This document shows positions 1 through 11,129 of a stretch of 64,000 nt of DNA, in pieces. Position numbers and translations under genes: made by a program. Positions within the stretch are counted from its first letter, which is position 1. Each line of letters starts with the position of its first letter. The stretch is from contig NC_086106.1 of assembly GCF_963921235.1 (NCBI RefSeq), positions 24,738,001 through 24,802,000 on the forward strand, read 5' to 3'. Under the pieces are notes generated by a model. The model was not told the DNA's origin. It worked only from the letters and a program-made list of their open reading frames with translations, and did not search any database. Source of the DNA: Mobula hypostoma (taxonomy: Eukaryota).

Positions 1-533
1 AGCCCTCTCCGCGTCTAAGGATACCACACATTCCGACATCTCCTTACAAGGAGAATAGATAACATATAATAACCGACGAATATTAAAAAAAAAAGAGATT
101 ATCTATTTTTTATAAAATCAGTCTGATCGCCAAAAATGATAGATGGTAAGATACTTTCCATCCTGGGTGCGTAACAATTACATATAAATTAGGCAGGGAA
201 TTCCCTGATTAATCTCAACATTCTTCAAAAGGAAATGCTGTTTCATATCCGGATATATGTAGGTACGTATACCCTCCGAGCCTTTCTATACATTAGTTTG
301 ATGTTGAACAACTTGATTTTCGGCAGTTTTCAGTCCATCTTCCCCAGAAAACGGCAGTACATCAAATCTGAGAGAGTAGTTTGTCAGCAGTTAAGGAAAT
401 AAATTGCTTGTTTTCTGTTTACATGATAATTATTTAAAAAATACAGATACGCTGGGAACGCCCAGCTGGCGTGGAAGATTCTGTGGAAATCAAGAAATAA
501 ACGGTTCTAGTGAGCGAATTACTTAAGCTTTGC

Positions 534-546
534 TGCCATCTGCTGG
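534..546 (-). promoter_or_regulatory. CTCF-like motif upstream of V1 (reverse orientation)
   Basis: TGCCATCTGCTGG; reverse complement CCAGCAGATGGCA fits the CTCF core. About 665 bp 5' of the leader ATG, the same position as in V3, V5 and V7. Confidence 0.6.
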
Positions 547-1209
547 AATTAATTTTCCTTGTTCCTGGCAATGCTACATGAAACTCAGGACGTCTTTATA
601 TCTTAACAACCAATACGCAAACAATTACCACTGCCATAAACCGAATAATTGGTAAGTTATTAAGAGAAAAGCTGCTTTCTAAGGCAGCATGCGAACACAT
701 TTAAATATCGTGCTCCATGCTGCTTGCTCATCTTTGCTTTTCAGATCAATTCTGGTGTCTCTACGTTCTGGAGGAAATCCACATTAGAGAAGAATACGGA
801 CTGATATTGTATAGTTTTCTGAACCAACGCTTGTTAACGCTCCCACTTATTCTGCTCGCTCCCTAGGCTCCGATGAGCAAGTAGAATTTGTTGAGTCTTC
901 TGCACGTGAATTCCCGGCTGCCCCGCATTCCTTCACCTCTGGCTGACCCTGCACTGTTAATGTTAACTCATAAATTATTTGACGCTTTTGTTCTGTACTT
1001 CTGCGATCGCCTCGGAAATAAATAAATAAATAAATAAAACATTTCCTGCACTGCTTCTGAACGCCTTTTTTTTTCTATTGTGTCTTTCGAGATTTAATAC
1101 AATGCATACCCTGCTGTGATTGGTCGGTATGGCCCAGGAATTTGTATTTCTACTCAGGCAAAGAGTTTCCACTCTGTGGCACAAGAGGATAGACTCAAAC
1201 AGAATGATT

Positions 1210-1688
1210 ATGAAAAATAGTTTCACGCAGGTTCTAATTATTGTGTTTCTTCTTGGTAAGATGTTTATTCTCCGAACTATTCCAGAGCACGCTAATCATC
1301 TGTAAGCGCGTTCTCCTTTTTTAATATTTATGTAAGCATGTTTGAAGTAGAGCTTATTATCTATTATTTATTTTACTTTTAGACTGGAGCCTTGAAGACT
1401 CAGTGGAACAGTGTGTGGATGCAATGACGTTCGAAGAAGAAAATAATATTACGCTAAACTGTACTTTGCATACGTGCTCTGCAACCCCGAATGTTTTCTG
1501 GTATAGGCAGCGCACCGGACAGCAACCACAGTACTTGATTAGGATTGTAGCAGGGAAAGTATACCCAAGTGAGGATATAACCAACCGATTATTTGCTTTC
1601 AATGACAAAAGTAAAAACAAAAATAGCGAACTGTCGATTAACAACGCTATCACCTCTGACTCAGCCACGTATCCCTGTGCGATGAGCA
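1210..1688 (+). pseudogene. TCR alpha/delta-type V segment V1: open frame, non-functional RSS
   Basis: Leader 1210-1255 (MKNSFTQVLIIVFLL, GTAAG donor, phase 1), AG at 1381-1382, V exon 1383-1688 with DSVEQ..LNC..WYRQ..DSATYPCAMS. It has YPC instead of YLC and two extra Cys. Confidence 0.85.
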
Positions 1689-1733
1689 CAAGGTGCTGAA
1701 AAAAAAACAACTCAACTTCCTCGAACAAAAGTC
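1689..1733 (+). other. Degenerate RSS of V1
   Basis: Heptamer CAAGGTG (CAC lost), 29-bp spacer expanded by a poly-A run, nonamer ACAAAAGTC. Confidence 0.8.
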
Positions 1734-1757
1734 CTCTTTCACAGATTCGTCGAGAGC

Positions 1758-1771
1758 TCGATAGAGGGCGA
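1758..1771 (+). promoter_or_regulatory. RSS-proximal CTCF-like element (V1)
   Basis: TCGATAGAGGGCGA, 24 bp after the nonamer. Confidence 0.6.
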
Positions 1772-3029
1772 CCAAATCAAGGTGAAAGTAAATGCTAACT
1801 GAAGCTTCAAGACTTAATCCAATATTTTCATTTGATGCCGTAGTCAGTTACTGTTACCACTGACGTGTCCACTTGGCAGTTGACATGGAAGTTTTTGATC
1901 ATCGATTACTATAACTGTGATCAAAAACAGTTCACCGTAAGTGATTCCTCTGTGTTACTTAATTTATCTAAATATCCACCATTCACATCTGAAGCTGCAC
2001 AAACATCTGTACGGATACATGAATGCTTTTGTGGGCTCCTTTAAAATAGAAAAAGACCAAACTTTGGCAGGAAAATCGCACATGTCCCAATCAATAATAT
2101 ACTTCAAAAATGCTGTAGAAGCTATCGTTTAGAGAACTCGCTCAGGAGCAATCATATGCCGTTTGCTTTCTGTCAAAGATTTGATCGCAGTTTGCTGGAT
2201 TGCTATGCTGAATATCGTTGATTTTTATTACCGCATGAGATTCTTACCTGTTTAAGCCCCAGCGGAAGATTGTTTCCCACCTAAATAAATAGACTGTAAT
2301 TGCATTCTCGTTTTTTTTTTCTAAATTTATAACTAGCGGAGATTCCGTGTCACAATCCATAGTGTTTACCGATGATTTTCAGATAGCTGTCATACAAATA
2401 AGATTCAGATCGCAATATATTTGGAGTGAGGTCATCTGTAAGTCCGATCATTTTACAATTTGCAATATGAATGTTTTGAAACAATGTGTCTTGATTGAGT
2501 GGAGCATTGTACTTGTATTCACAACACTTACCGAAAGAGTCTCAAAACCACTTGACATTCACGTTTTAGATCGTGGTCAGACTATCAAGATTATTGAACA
2601 TTTTGAATGAACTGACTGCGTTTATCGGCTGAAATCGCTTCACTGGATATGGACGATCTTTGCCATTAATATCTCAGTTGAAAATAAAGTTCATTTTCAC
2701 ATTACATGACAGGTCCTCTCTTATGTCCGAAAATCTTTCCATCTGTGTGCTGTTGTTCAATTGCCAATTTTACCCTCTGATGAGAAGACACTGCATTGGA
2801 TCTTTCGATTAATTCCATAATTCTTCTTCAGCTCGCCGAGGGTCCTATCCCTGTACCCTCAATTTGGCTAAATTTCGTGAAATTGGTAATAAACACAATT
2901 TATCCTGAATCAAGTACTTCCAGCTGGAAAGCTGTATTTTGGGTACTGGGAATATTACCACTATGTAATTGGAACGCTCAGCTATATTGGATCGTACTTA
3001 TCTAGGGGAGCATCAAAACTAGAACCACA

Positions 3030-3315
3030 AGGCTGCTAAACAGCTTCCTCTCACAGGCAGTCAGACTGCTAAATAGCTGCTCTACCTGACTCTGCTTTGG
3101 ACACTTTTAACTTGCACTCGACACTGAGAGCTTGATTTTAACTGACATGTGGCTGTTGTGTTTTACTAATTATTGTTTTGTGTGTTATTTAGTGCCGCGT
3201 TTGTTATGTTATGATTGCACTGCTCCTGAGAAACGCTGTCTCATTCTGCCCTGCAGAGCTGATGTACGGTTAGAATGACAATAAAGTTTTTTTGAATCTT
3301 TGAATCTTTGAATCT
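3030..3315 (+). mobile_element. 3' end of a non-LTR retrotransposon (Rex1/Babar-like) with (TTGAATCT)n tail
   Basis: AATAAA followed by three TTGAATCT repeats at about 3280-3315; resembles the 3' UTR of fish Rex1-like LINEs. Confidence 0.55.
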
Positions 3316-3638
3316 AAACAGTTGGAGTTCGGGACCTTCCGTCTTCCCTTGCCATCCGCTCCGATCCCACGAATCGTAGCTCGGAACCACCCGAAGTGAT
3401 CGACCATAGCACTCCCAACACGTCTGTCTTCCTATCGGTTGCTCCTCCAACTCCCCGCCAAAACCCCTGTTTCGCAGCAATATGAGACAGCATATCAATC
3501 CAAAAGAAGAATAACATGGACACCCATTGGTTCATTCGCTCTCTTATCCTAAGATAACCCAAACAATCGCCAGCGAGAGAACCTTCTCAGCAATTAACAT
3601 AAAAGATTAACATAACAAATAACCCATTTTGTTTAACA
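3316..3638 (-). mobile_element. Possible truncated LTR fragment
   Basis: Minus strand starts TGTTA. The segment is absent from the paralogous spacers. No second terminus is seen. Confidence 0.3.
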
Positions 3639-3794
3639 TACGCAGTAACATATAAGACGAAACCCCTTATATAATATAAAGCGCATTATTCCAATCCTGG
3701 AATTAAAGATTAAAGCCGCAGCACTGGGGACAGTGCAAGAGTCCCATTCGCTGTTGTCTTCCACTGTCAGGTCAACCTCTCCAACAGTATTGAA

Positions 3795-6300
3795 ACATAG
3801 AAACATAGAAAAATAGGTGCAGGAGTAGGCCATTCGGCCCTTTGAGCCTGCACCATCAATTATTATGATCATGGCTGATCATCCAACTCAGAATCCCGCC
3901 CCAGCCTTCCCTCCATACCCCCTGACCCCTGTAGCCACAAGGGCCATATCTAACTCCCTCTTAAATATAGCCAATGGACTGGCCTCAACAGTTTCCTCTG
4001 GCAGAGAATTCCACAGATTCACCACTCTCTGTGTGAAGAAGTTTTTCCTAATCTCGGTCCTAAAAGGCTTCCCCTCTATCCTCAAACTGTGACACCTCGT
4101 TCTGGACCTCCCCAACGTCGGGAACAATCTTCCTGCATCTAGCCTGTCCAATCCCTTTAGGATCTTATACGTTTCAATCAGATCCCCCCTCAATCTTCTA
4201 AATTCCAACGAGTACAAGCCCAGTTCATCCACTCTTTCTTCATATGAAAGCCCTGCCATCCCAGGAATCAATCTGGTGAACCTTCTTTGTACTCCCTCTA
4301 TGGCAAAGATGTCTTTCCTCAGATTAGGGGACCAAAACTGCACACAATACTCCAGGTGTGGTCTCACCAAGGCCTTGTACAACTGCAGTAGTACCTCCCT
4401 GCTCCTGTACTCGAATCCTATCGCTATAAATGCCAGCATACCATTCGCCTTTTTCACCGCCTGCTGTACCTGCATGCCCACTTTCAATGACTGGTGTACA
4501 ATAACACCCAGGTCTCGTTGCACCTCCTCTTTTCCTAATCGGCCACCATTCAGATAATAATCTGTTTTCCTATTTTTGCCACCAAATTGGATAACTTCAC
4601 ATTTATCCACATTAAATTGCATCTGCCATGAATTTGCCCACTCACCCAACATATCCAAGTCACCCTGCATCCTCTTAGCATCCTCCTCACTGCTAACACT
4701 GCCACCCAGCTTCGTGTCATCCGCAAACTTGGAAATGCTGCATTTAATTCCCTCATCCAAGTCATTAATATATATTGTAAACAACTGGGGTCCCAGCACT
4801 GAGCCTTGCGGTACCCCACTAGTCACCGCCTGCCATTCTGAAAAGGTCCCGTTTATTCCCACTCTTTGCTTCCTGTCTGCTAACCAATTCTCCACCCACA
4901 ACAATACCTTACCCCCAATACCGTGTGCTTTAAGTTTGCACACTAATCTCCTGTGTGGGACCTTGTCAAAAAGCCTTTTGAAAATCCAAATATACCACAT
5001 CTACTGGTTCTCCCCTATCCACTCTACTAGTTACATCCTCAAAAAAATCTATGAGATTCGTCAGACATGATTTTCCTTTCACAAATCCATGCTGACTTTG
5101 TCCAATCATTTCACCGCTTTCCAAATGTGCTGTTATCACATCCTTGATAACTGACTCCAGCAGTTTCCCCACCACCGACGTTAGGCTAACCGGTCTATAA
5201 TTCCCAGGTTTCTCTCTCCCTCCTTTTTTAAAAAGTGGGGTTACATTAGACACCCTCCAATCCTCAGGAACTAGTCCAGAATCTAACGAGTTCTGAAAAA
5301 TTATCACTAATGCATCCACTATTTCTTGGGCTACTTCCTTAAGCACTCTAGGATGCAGACCATCTGGCCCTGGGGATTTATCTGCCTTCAATCCCTTCAA
5401 TTTACCTAACACCACTTCTCTACTAACATGTATTTCGCTCATTTGCTCCATCTCACTGGACCCTCAGTCCCTTACTATTTCTGGAAGAATATTTATGTCC
5501 TCCTTAGTGAAGACAGAACCAAAGTAATTATTCAATTGGTCTGCCATGTCCTTGCTCCCCATAATCAATTCGCCTGTTTCTGTCTGCAGGGGACCTACAT
5601 TTGTCTTTACCAGTCTTTTCCTTTTTACATATCTATAAAAGCTTTTACAGTCCGTTTTTATGTTCCCTGCCAGTTTTCTCTCATAATCTTTTTCCCCTTC
5701 CTAATTAACCCTTTGTCCTCCTCTGCTGAACTCTGAATTTCTCCTAGTCCTCAGGTGAGCGACTTTCTCTGGCTAATTTGTATGCTTCTTCTTTGGAATT
5801 GATACTATCCCTAATTTTTCTTGTTAGCCACGGGTGCACTACCTTCCTTGATTTATTCTTTTGCCAAACTGGGATGAACAATTGTTGTAGTTCATCCATG
5901 CAACCTTTAAATGCTTGCCATTGCATATCCACCGTCAATCCTTTAAGTGTCATTTGCCAGTCTATCTCAGCTAATTCACGTCTCATACCTTCAAAGTTAC
6001 CCCTCTTTAAGTTCAGAACCTTTGTTTCTGAATTAACTATGTCACTCTCCATCTTAATGAAAAATTCCACCATATTATGGCCACTCTTACCCACGGGGCC
6101 TCTCACGACATGATTGCTAATTAACCCTTCCTCATTGCTCAAAACCCAGTCCAGAATAGCCTGCTCTCTAGTTGGTTCCTCGACATGTTGGTTCAAAAAA
6201 CCATCCCGCATACATTCCAAGAAATCCTCTTCCTCAGCACCTTTACCAATTTGGTTCACCCAGTCTACATGTAGATTGAAGTCACCCATTATAACTGCTG
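3795..6300 (-). mobile_element. CR1-type LINE, 5'-truncated, ORF2 (endonuclease end + RT) in broken frames
   Basis: ORFs 5744-6289 (MGDFN..PTR EN motifs), 4966-5451 (PGPDG, NYRPVSLTS) and 3888-5000 (GVPQGSVLGP, FADD). (TTTCTATG)n tail at 3795-3812. Confidence 0.95.
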
Positions 6301-8029
6301 TATCTTAAACAATATAGAGATTAGTGAGGGGCACTGTCATAGTCCACTATCCCTCTATAGGTCTTATCAATCACGACCTCACTATCCCTAATTACCTAAA
6401 TGTTATTAACTTTCTTCATTTTCTATCACGTCAGTTCAATTTGCATCCCATGTCTGCAGTGTTTGGCTCAGAGAATGAGCAAATGATTGTCACGGTCTTT
6501 CTCCTCCTCCAGTCCCGTCATTAATGAGATGGATTTTCAGATTCCTGCCCTTATATAAGTCCCCAAACAGCGCGGGATTGTCCGTTATGATTGTTACTCA
6601 CTTGTGTTACATCTCGTTGAAGAATTGTTATTGACTTAATATCTAGTGTGTCGATGTGCAATTGATTGACGCAGTAGGACCCTGGGAGGTGAAAAATGAT
6701 ATGCATTTTTTGTTTGCATTTCACATCCCTCAGTATATTACTCCGATTACAAATTAAGACACAAAATGAATCCCCATGAAATACCGCGTTAGGAAGAGCA
6801 GTATATATTCTACTAATATCGACAACAGTTTAATTTACTGAAGAGATCGACACTTCCCTTGGAATACGAATATGTGAATGTTACTATTGGTGAGATAATA
6901 ATGAGCTGCGTGATTGAAGCAACAGTGTCGATCGATTTATAATGTATAAATATTATATTTCCACTCTGTGCAGCACTCGGTTTTTGAAGTGACAGAAATT
7001 ATTCACAGAGATTACATGATACGAGCTGTCGGTTTAATTGATGGGCTATTTCGTGATCCAACATACCAACAGGCCGGTATTAAGAAGCGATGTGCGAAAG
7101 GTGGCATCTGTACTTCACCGAACATCCATGCTCTAAATCATTGTAGATATTCAGCAGGCTACCGGGGCACGGATTAAACTCTGAACATATAGGTTTATAA
7201 TTATTGGTTGAAACCAGACATCACTATGATAATCATTGCATTTAATCGGTAGTGCATGCTAAGATGGGAATAAACAACAGAACGATGTGCTCCGAATACT
7301 TTCCATTGTCATTTCATGGCAGTTATTAAGAGCCAGTTCAGAAACGGACAGCCCTTTGTGACACCACAAGGCAGTCATCAGAAATAGTTGATTTTCTTCA
7401 TCGCATGATGCTATTGTAGTTAGCTTCTCTCGTGTTTACTGGGTGAATCCACTAAATGTGTGGTTGGAACGTGCTTGTACCTCATATTTTGGAAGAGCAC
7501 ATAATGAAAACACAATAAATGGAAAATGAAGGGAATTTCAACCATGCATTCCTACTGGATGATAAGGCAAGATTTTAATTCATGAATTTTCATACACCCT
7601 GGTTATTGAACAACAACAACAACAACAACAGCAGTACGATGAAAGTTTATTTTTGAGGAGACACAGATGACAATTGTAATGCTGACGACTTGTGGAGATT
7701 ATACTTGAGAGTGACATGAATTGTAAAGCAAATCCGCAGCATAAATAAAAAAATCGGTGATTTGGTTTGTTGGTCTAATGTGTAAAGACAATCAAACCTC
7801 ATACAATATGCTTCAAAGATTGTGCTCCAACATCATTCGGAGGATAAACGCTAAATCCCACATACGACCTTGAGATTCTGAATTGCAGTTTCCTGGTTTG
7901 TGTCTGCAGTGCCTTGCAATGTGTAACAATTATGATGGCTTACAATATTAAGTGTATATATAGTAAATAATTCAAAAGGCAGCGCAAAAAGTGGTGGCAG
8001 AGATATTAAGGCAGTGTGTTGGGCTTATT

Positions 8030-8285
8030 GTGATTTCTGAAATCTGACGGCAGAAGGATGCACTTGTTCCTGAAACGTTGAGTGTGAGGGAAAGTCCTCG
8101 CTGATGGGAGTTAGGGATGAGTCCCCAGTGATGCATGCCAGCCTTTCAGGGCATCGATTTTTGCAGATATCCTGGATGCTGTGTCGTGCTGTGTCAATGA
8201 TGAAGCTAGCTGAGTTTAAACTATTCTACAGTTCATTTGTTCCTGTGCAGTTGCCCCACCATACCAGACATTGATGCAGACCTCC
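8030..8285 (-). mobile_element. Rex1/L2-like LINE fragment truncating the V2 upstream block
   Basis: Same repeat type as 32185-32450. The V-upstream homology starts abruptly at about 8281. Confidence 0.5.
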
Positions 8286-8880
8286 TTCACGTCTTAACAG
8301 CCTATACACAAGCAATCACAACTTCTATCCACCGAATTACTTAGTAAGTTGTTCAAAGAAAAGCTACTTGTATGGACAGCATATGAACACGACAAGTTAC
8401 CGTGCGCCGTGCTGCTTGTTCATTTATGCCTTTCAGATCAACATTTGAGTCGCTACGTTCTGCCAGAAATCCACGTCAGAGAAGAATAACGACTGTTGCT
8501 GCATCTTATGCTGCACTCACGCTTCGTTACCCTACAATTTATTCTGCTCTCAACCTCTCACTCGATGAGCAAGCGCAATTTATTGGCAGTCTTCTCCAAA
8601 AATGTTGACGTCTGCCCTGCTTCACATCACCCTTGAGTGGCGCTGCGCTATTAATGTCAGCTCAGAAAGAATTTGATTCCTTTGTTCTGCTCTTCTGCGA
8701 TCGTCTCGGCAAAATTTCATTTCCTGGACTGCGTGTGAACGACATTTTTTCTATTGTGTCTTTGGAGATTTACCACCGAGCGTTGCCTGTTGTGATTGGT
8801 CGGTTTGGCCAATGTTTGTATATTTCTGCTGTGGGAATGAGTCTCTACTCTGTGGTCCACGAATGACAGACTCAAACAGA

Positions 8881-9364
8881 ATGACAGTGAAGAATTGTCT
8901 CACGGCGGTCCTCGGTATTGTGTTTCTTCTAGGTAAGAAATCTAATCACCGTAATATTCGAGACCACTCTGTAATTCTCTGTAACAATTTTTTTTTCCCA
9001 GTGTAAGTAACTATGTTGTTCGAAGTAGAGCTTATGATCTATTGATTATTTTTTCTGATAGACTGGAGCCTTCAAGACTCAGTGGAGCAGTCAGTGGATG
9101 CAATAACGATCGATGAAGAAAGTAATATTACTCTGAACTGCACTTTACAAACAAGCAATATACTCCCAAATGTTTTCTGGTACAGGCAGCGCACCAGACA
9201 AAGACCACAGTATTTGATTAGGATTAACGCAGGGAAAGTATACCGCAATGAAGATGTAACCGAAAGATTATTTGCTTCATATGATAAAGATAAAAAATAT
9301 ACTGAACTATCGATAAACAACACCATAATCTCGGACTCGGCCACATACCTCTGTGCGATGAGCC
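8881..9364 (+). CDS. TCR alpha/delta-type V segment V2 (apparently functional)
   Basis: Leader 8881-8932 (MTVKNCLTAVLGIVFLL, GTAAG), AG at 9060-9061, exon 9062-9364 in frame with LNC, WYRQ and DSATYLCAMS. Confidence 0.92.
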
Positions 9365-9403
9365 CACGGTGCTTACAAATCTGAATTATTTCGAACAAAA
9401 ACC
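9365..9403 (+). other. 23-RSS of V2
   Basis: CACGGTG + 23 bp + ACAAAAACC. Confidence 0.95.
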
Positions 9404-9427
9404 GTCTTTCGCAGTTTCCTCGGGTGC

Positions 9428-9441
9428 TCGATAGAGGGCGA
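9428..9441 (+). promoter_or_regulatory. RSS-proximal CTCF-like element (V2)
   Basis: TCGATAGAGGGCGA, 24 bp after the nonamer. Confidence 0.6.
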
Positions 9442-9519
9442 AGAAATCAAGGAGAACATGCTAACTGAAGTCGTGATGCTTCGTCCAATATTTTTCTGAA
9501 AAGCAAAATATTCTGCAGA

Positions 9520-10075
9520 TGCTGTTGTCAAAGGAACACTCACAATGCGCTGGAGGAACTCAGCAGGTCAGTCAGCATCAGTTGAAAAGATTAGTCGACG
9601 TTTCGGGCCGAAACCCTTCGTCAGGAATGAAGGAGGAACTTTGGGGAGGGTTCGAAGAATGCTGGTCTTTGAAAAAAAAAACAGTAATTTGAAAGACAAA
9701 GGGGTGGGGGAAGTGGAAGCAGGGAGTTGATTGGCAGGAGAACAATGCGCAGTAGAAGAAGTAGGCGGAACTACCAGGGAGGTGATGTGAAAGAGGGATA
9801 GAGGAAGGGAGGGGGAGGGAATTACCGGAAATTGGAGAAGTCTATGTCCATACCAAGGGGCTGGAGACTACCTAGACGGTATATGAGGTGTTACCGGAAA
9901 CCCGACGCAGATTGGGAGACCGCTTCGTCGAGCACCTTCACTCCGTCCACCACAACAGACAGGATCTCCCGGCAGCCACCCACTTCAATTCTGCTTCCCA
10001 TTTCCATACAGGTATGTCCATGCATGGCCTCCTGTACTGCCATGATGAGGGTAAACTCAGGTTGGAGGTGGGGAA
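9520..10075 (-). mobile_element. Penelope-like element 3' end (GIY-YIG C-terminus) with 5' inversion
   Basis: Plus strand 9894-10068 encodes ETRRRLGDRFVEHLHSV..HDEGKLRLE. Minus strand from 9892 down encodes the continuation HLIYRLGSLQPLGMDIDFSNF, followed by the terminal repeat. Confidence 0.85.
9594..9626 (-). ncRNA. Minimal hammerhead ribozyme motif in the Penelope terminus
   Basis: Minus strand CUGACGA-A-GGGU-UUCG-GCCC-GAAAC-GUC-GAC: core boxes, helix II and a palindromic ACGU helix III. Helix I is imperfect. Confidence 0.7.
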
Positions 10076-10419
10076 TTCGGATTCTGCAATTCAACTCACA
10101 ATCATTCTTTGGGGCACCCCTGTTTTCCTGGAAGCTTGCGAAGAAACATAATTTCAGGATGTATAATGTATCTATTTATCTGCCATTAAATGAACCTTTA
10201 AAACATTTGCAAATTAATTCTGAGCAGCGTTGACGCCATGCGTCTTAATTGAGTGGAGCATTGCATTTGTATTTACAACGCTTACACTAAGAGCCTGTAA
10301 GGAACTTAATCATCACGTTTTAGCTTGTATTAAATTTATCCAAAGTACTGAACATTTTAGATGAAATCACAACGCTTATCAGCTGAAATCGCCTTACTGG
10401 ATATGCACGATCATTGTTA

Positions 10420-10843
10420 TTAATATCTCAGTTGAACGTAAAGTGTATTTTCACACTTCACGGCTAGTAATCTCAAATATCCTAAAATAGCCCCGTACGT
10501 ATTCTGTCCTTCAATTGCAAATTTTGCCCTATCATCAGAAGACACTGCACTGGTCCTAACGATGAATTCGACTACACATCTTCGCCTTGAAGATTGCCCT
10601 GGTGCCTATTCACTGAACAATGCCTGTATGTTGCGACATGAATAGTAAACACCTTTCAACCTAAATCAAGCACGTTGTGCTGGAAAACTGTATTTTGTGT
10701 TTTGGGAAAATAAGCAGTAAGTCATATTAAGGTTATCATTCCAATCCTGGAAATAAAGATTGAAGACGTAGATTTTCCTCATTGTCTTAACTAGATACCG
10801 GACAATATTTATTCAGATCCCATGTCTGCTGTGTTTGTCTCAC
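10420..10843 (-). pseudogene. Ancient inverted V relic, family C (copy after V2)
   Basis: GTGAG donor 10843-10839, 97-nt intron, TCTTTATTTCCAG acceptor 10748-10747, then RCLL..AGGCACCAGGGCAA (R-APGQ-like)..ENTLYVQLR. Confidence 0.4.
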
Positions 10844-11129
10844 TGAACAAGCAGATTTATCACCGTCTTCCATCCGACAGAGGCCTCTTTATCCAGTCTA
10901 GTCATTAATAAGATTGGTTGTGTAATTCCCGCTCTTATATGAGGCCGACAAACTGCGCATATTTGACCATCGAGCCGTTGTGCTCATACCTAAAGTGCGC
11001 TGCTCCTCGTTTAAGCATTGCTTTGAATATGGAGGGTGTCCATATGTGATTAGTCCATGCAGTAGGTCCTAGGTGGTGAAAGTGAGCATTCTAATTTTGC
11101 ATTTCTCCGACTGCAAAATTCGAGGCTAA

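Larger units (their letters stand above)
2660..3698 (-). pseudogene. Ancient inverted V relic, family C (copy near V1, split by insertions)
   Basis: Minus strand: polypyrimidine-CAG acceptor at 3698-3697, C-L-L motif and GGTACAGG (WYR-like) near 2830-2895. The exon is interrupted by repeats at 3030-3640. Confidence 0.35.

Noticed and set aside
1357-1728. Antisense ORFs over the V exons (also 9072-9398, 25345-25575, 34474-34734, 54401-54619, 58601-59029)
   Set aside because: They are shadows of the V coding frame with no independent features.
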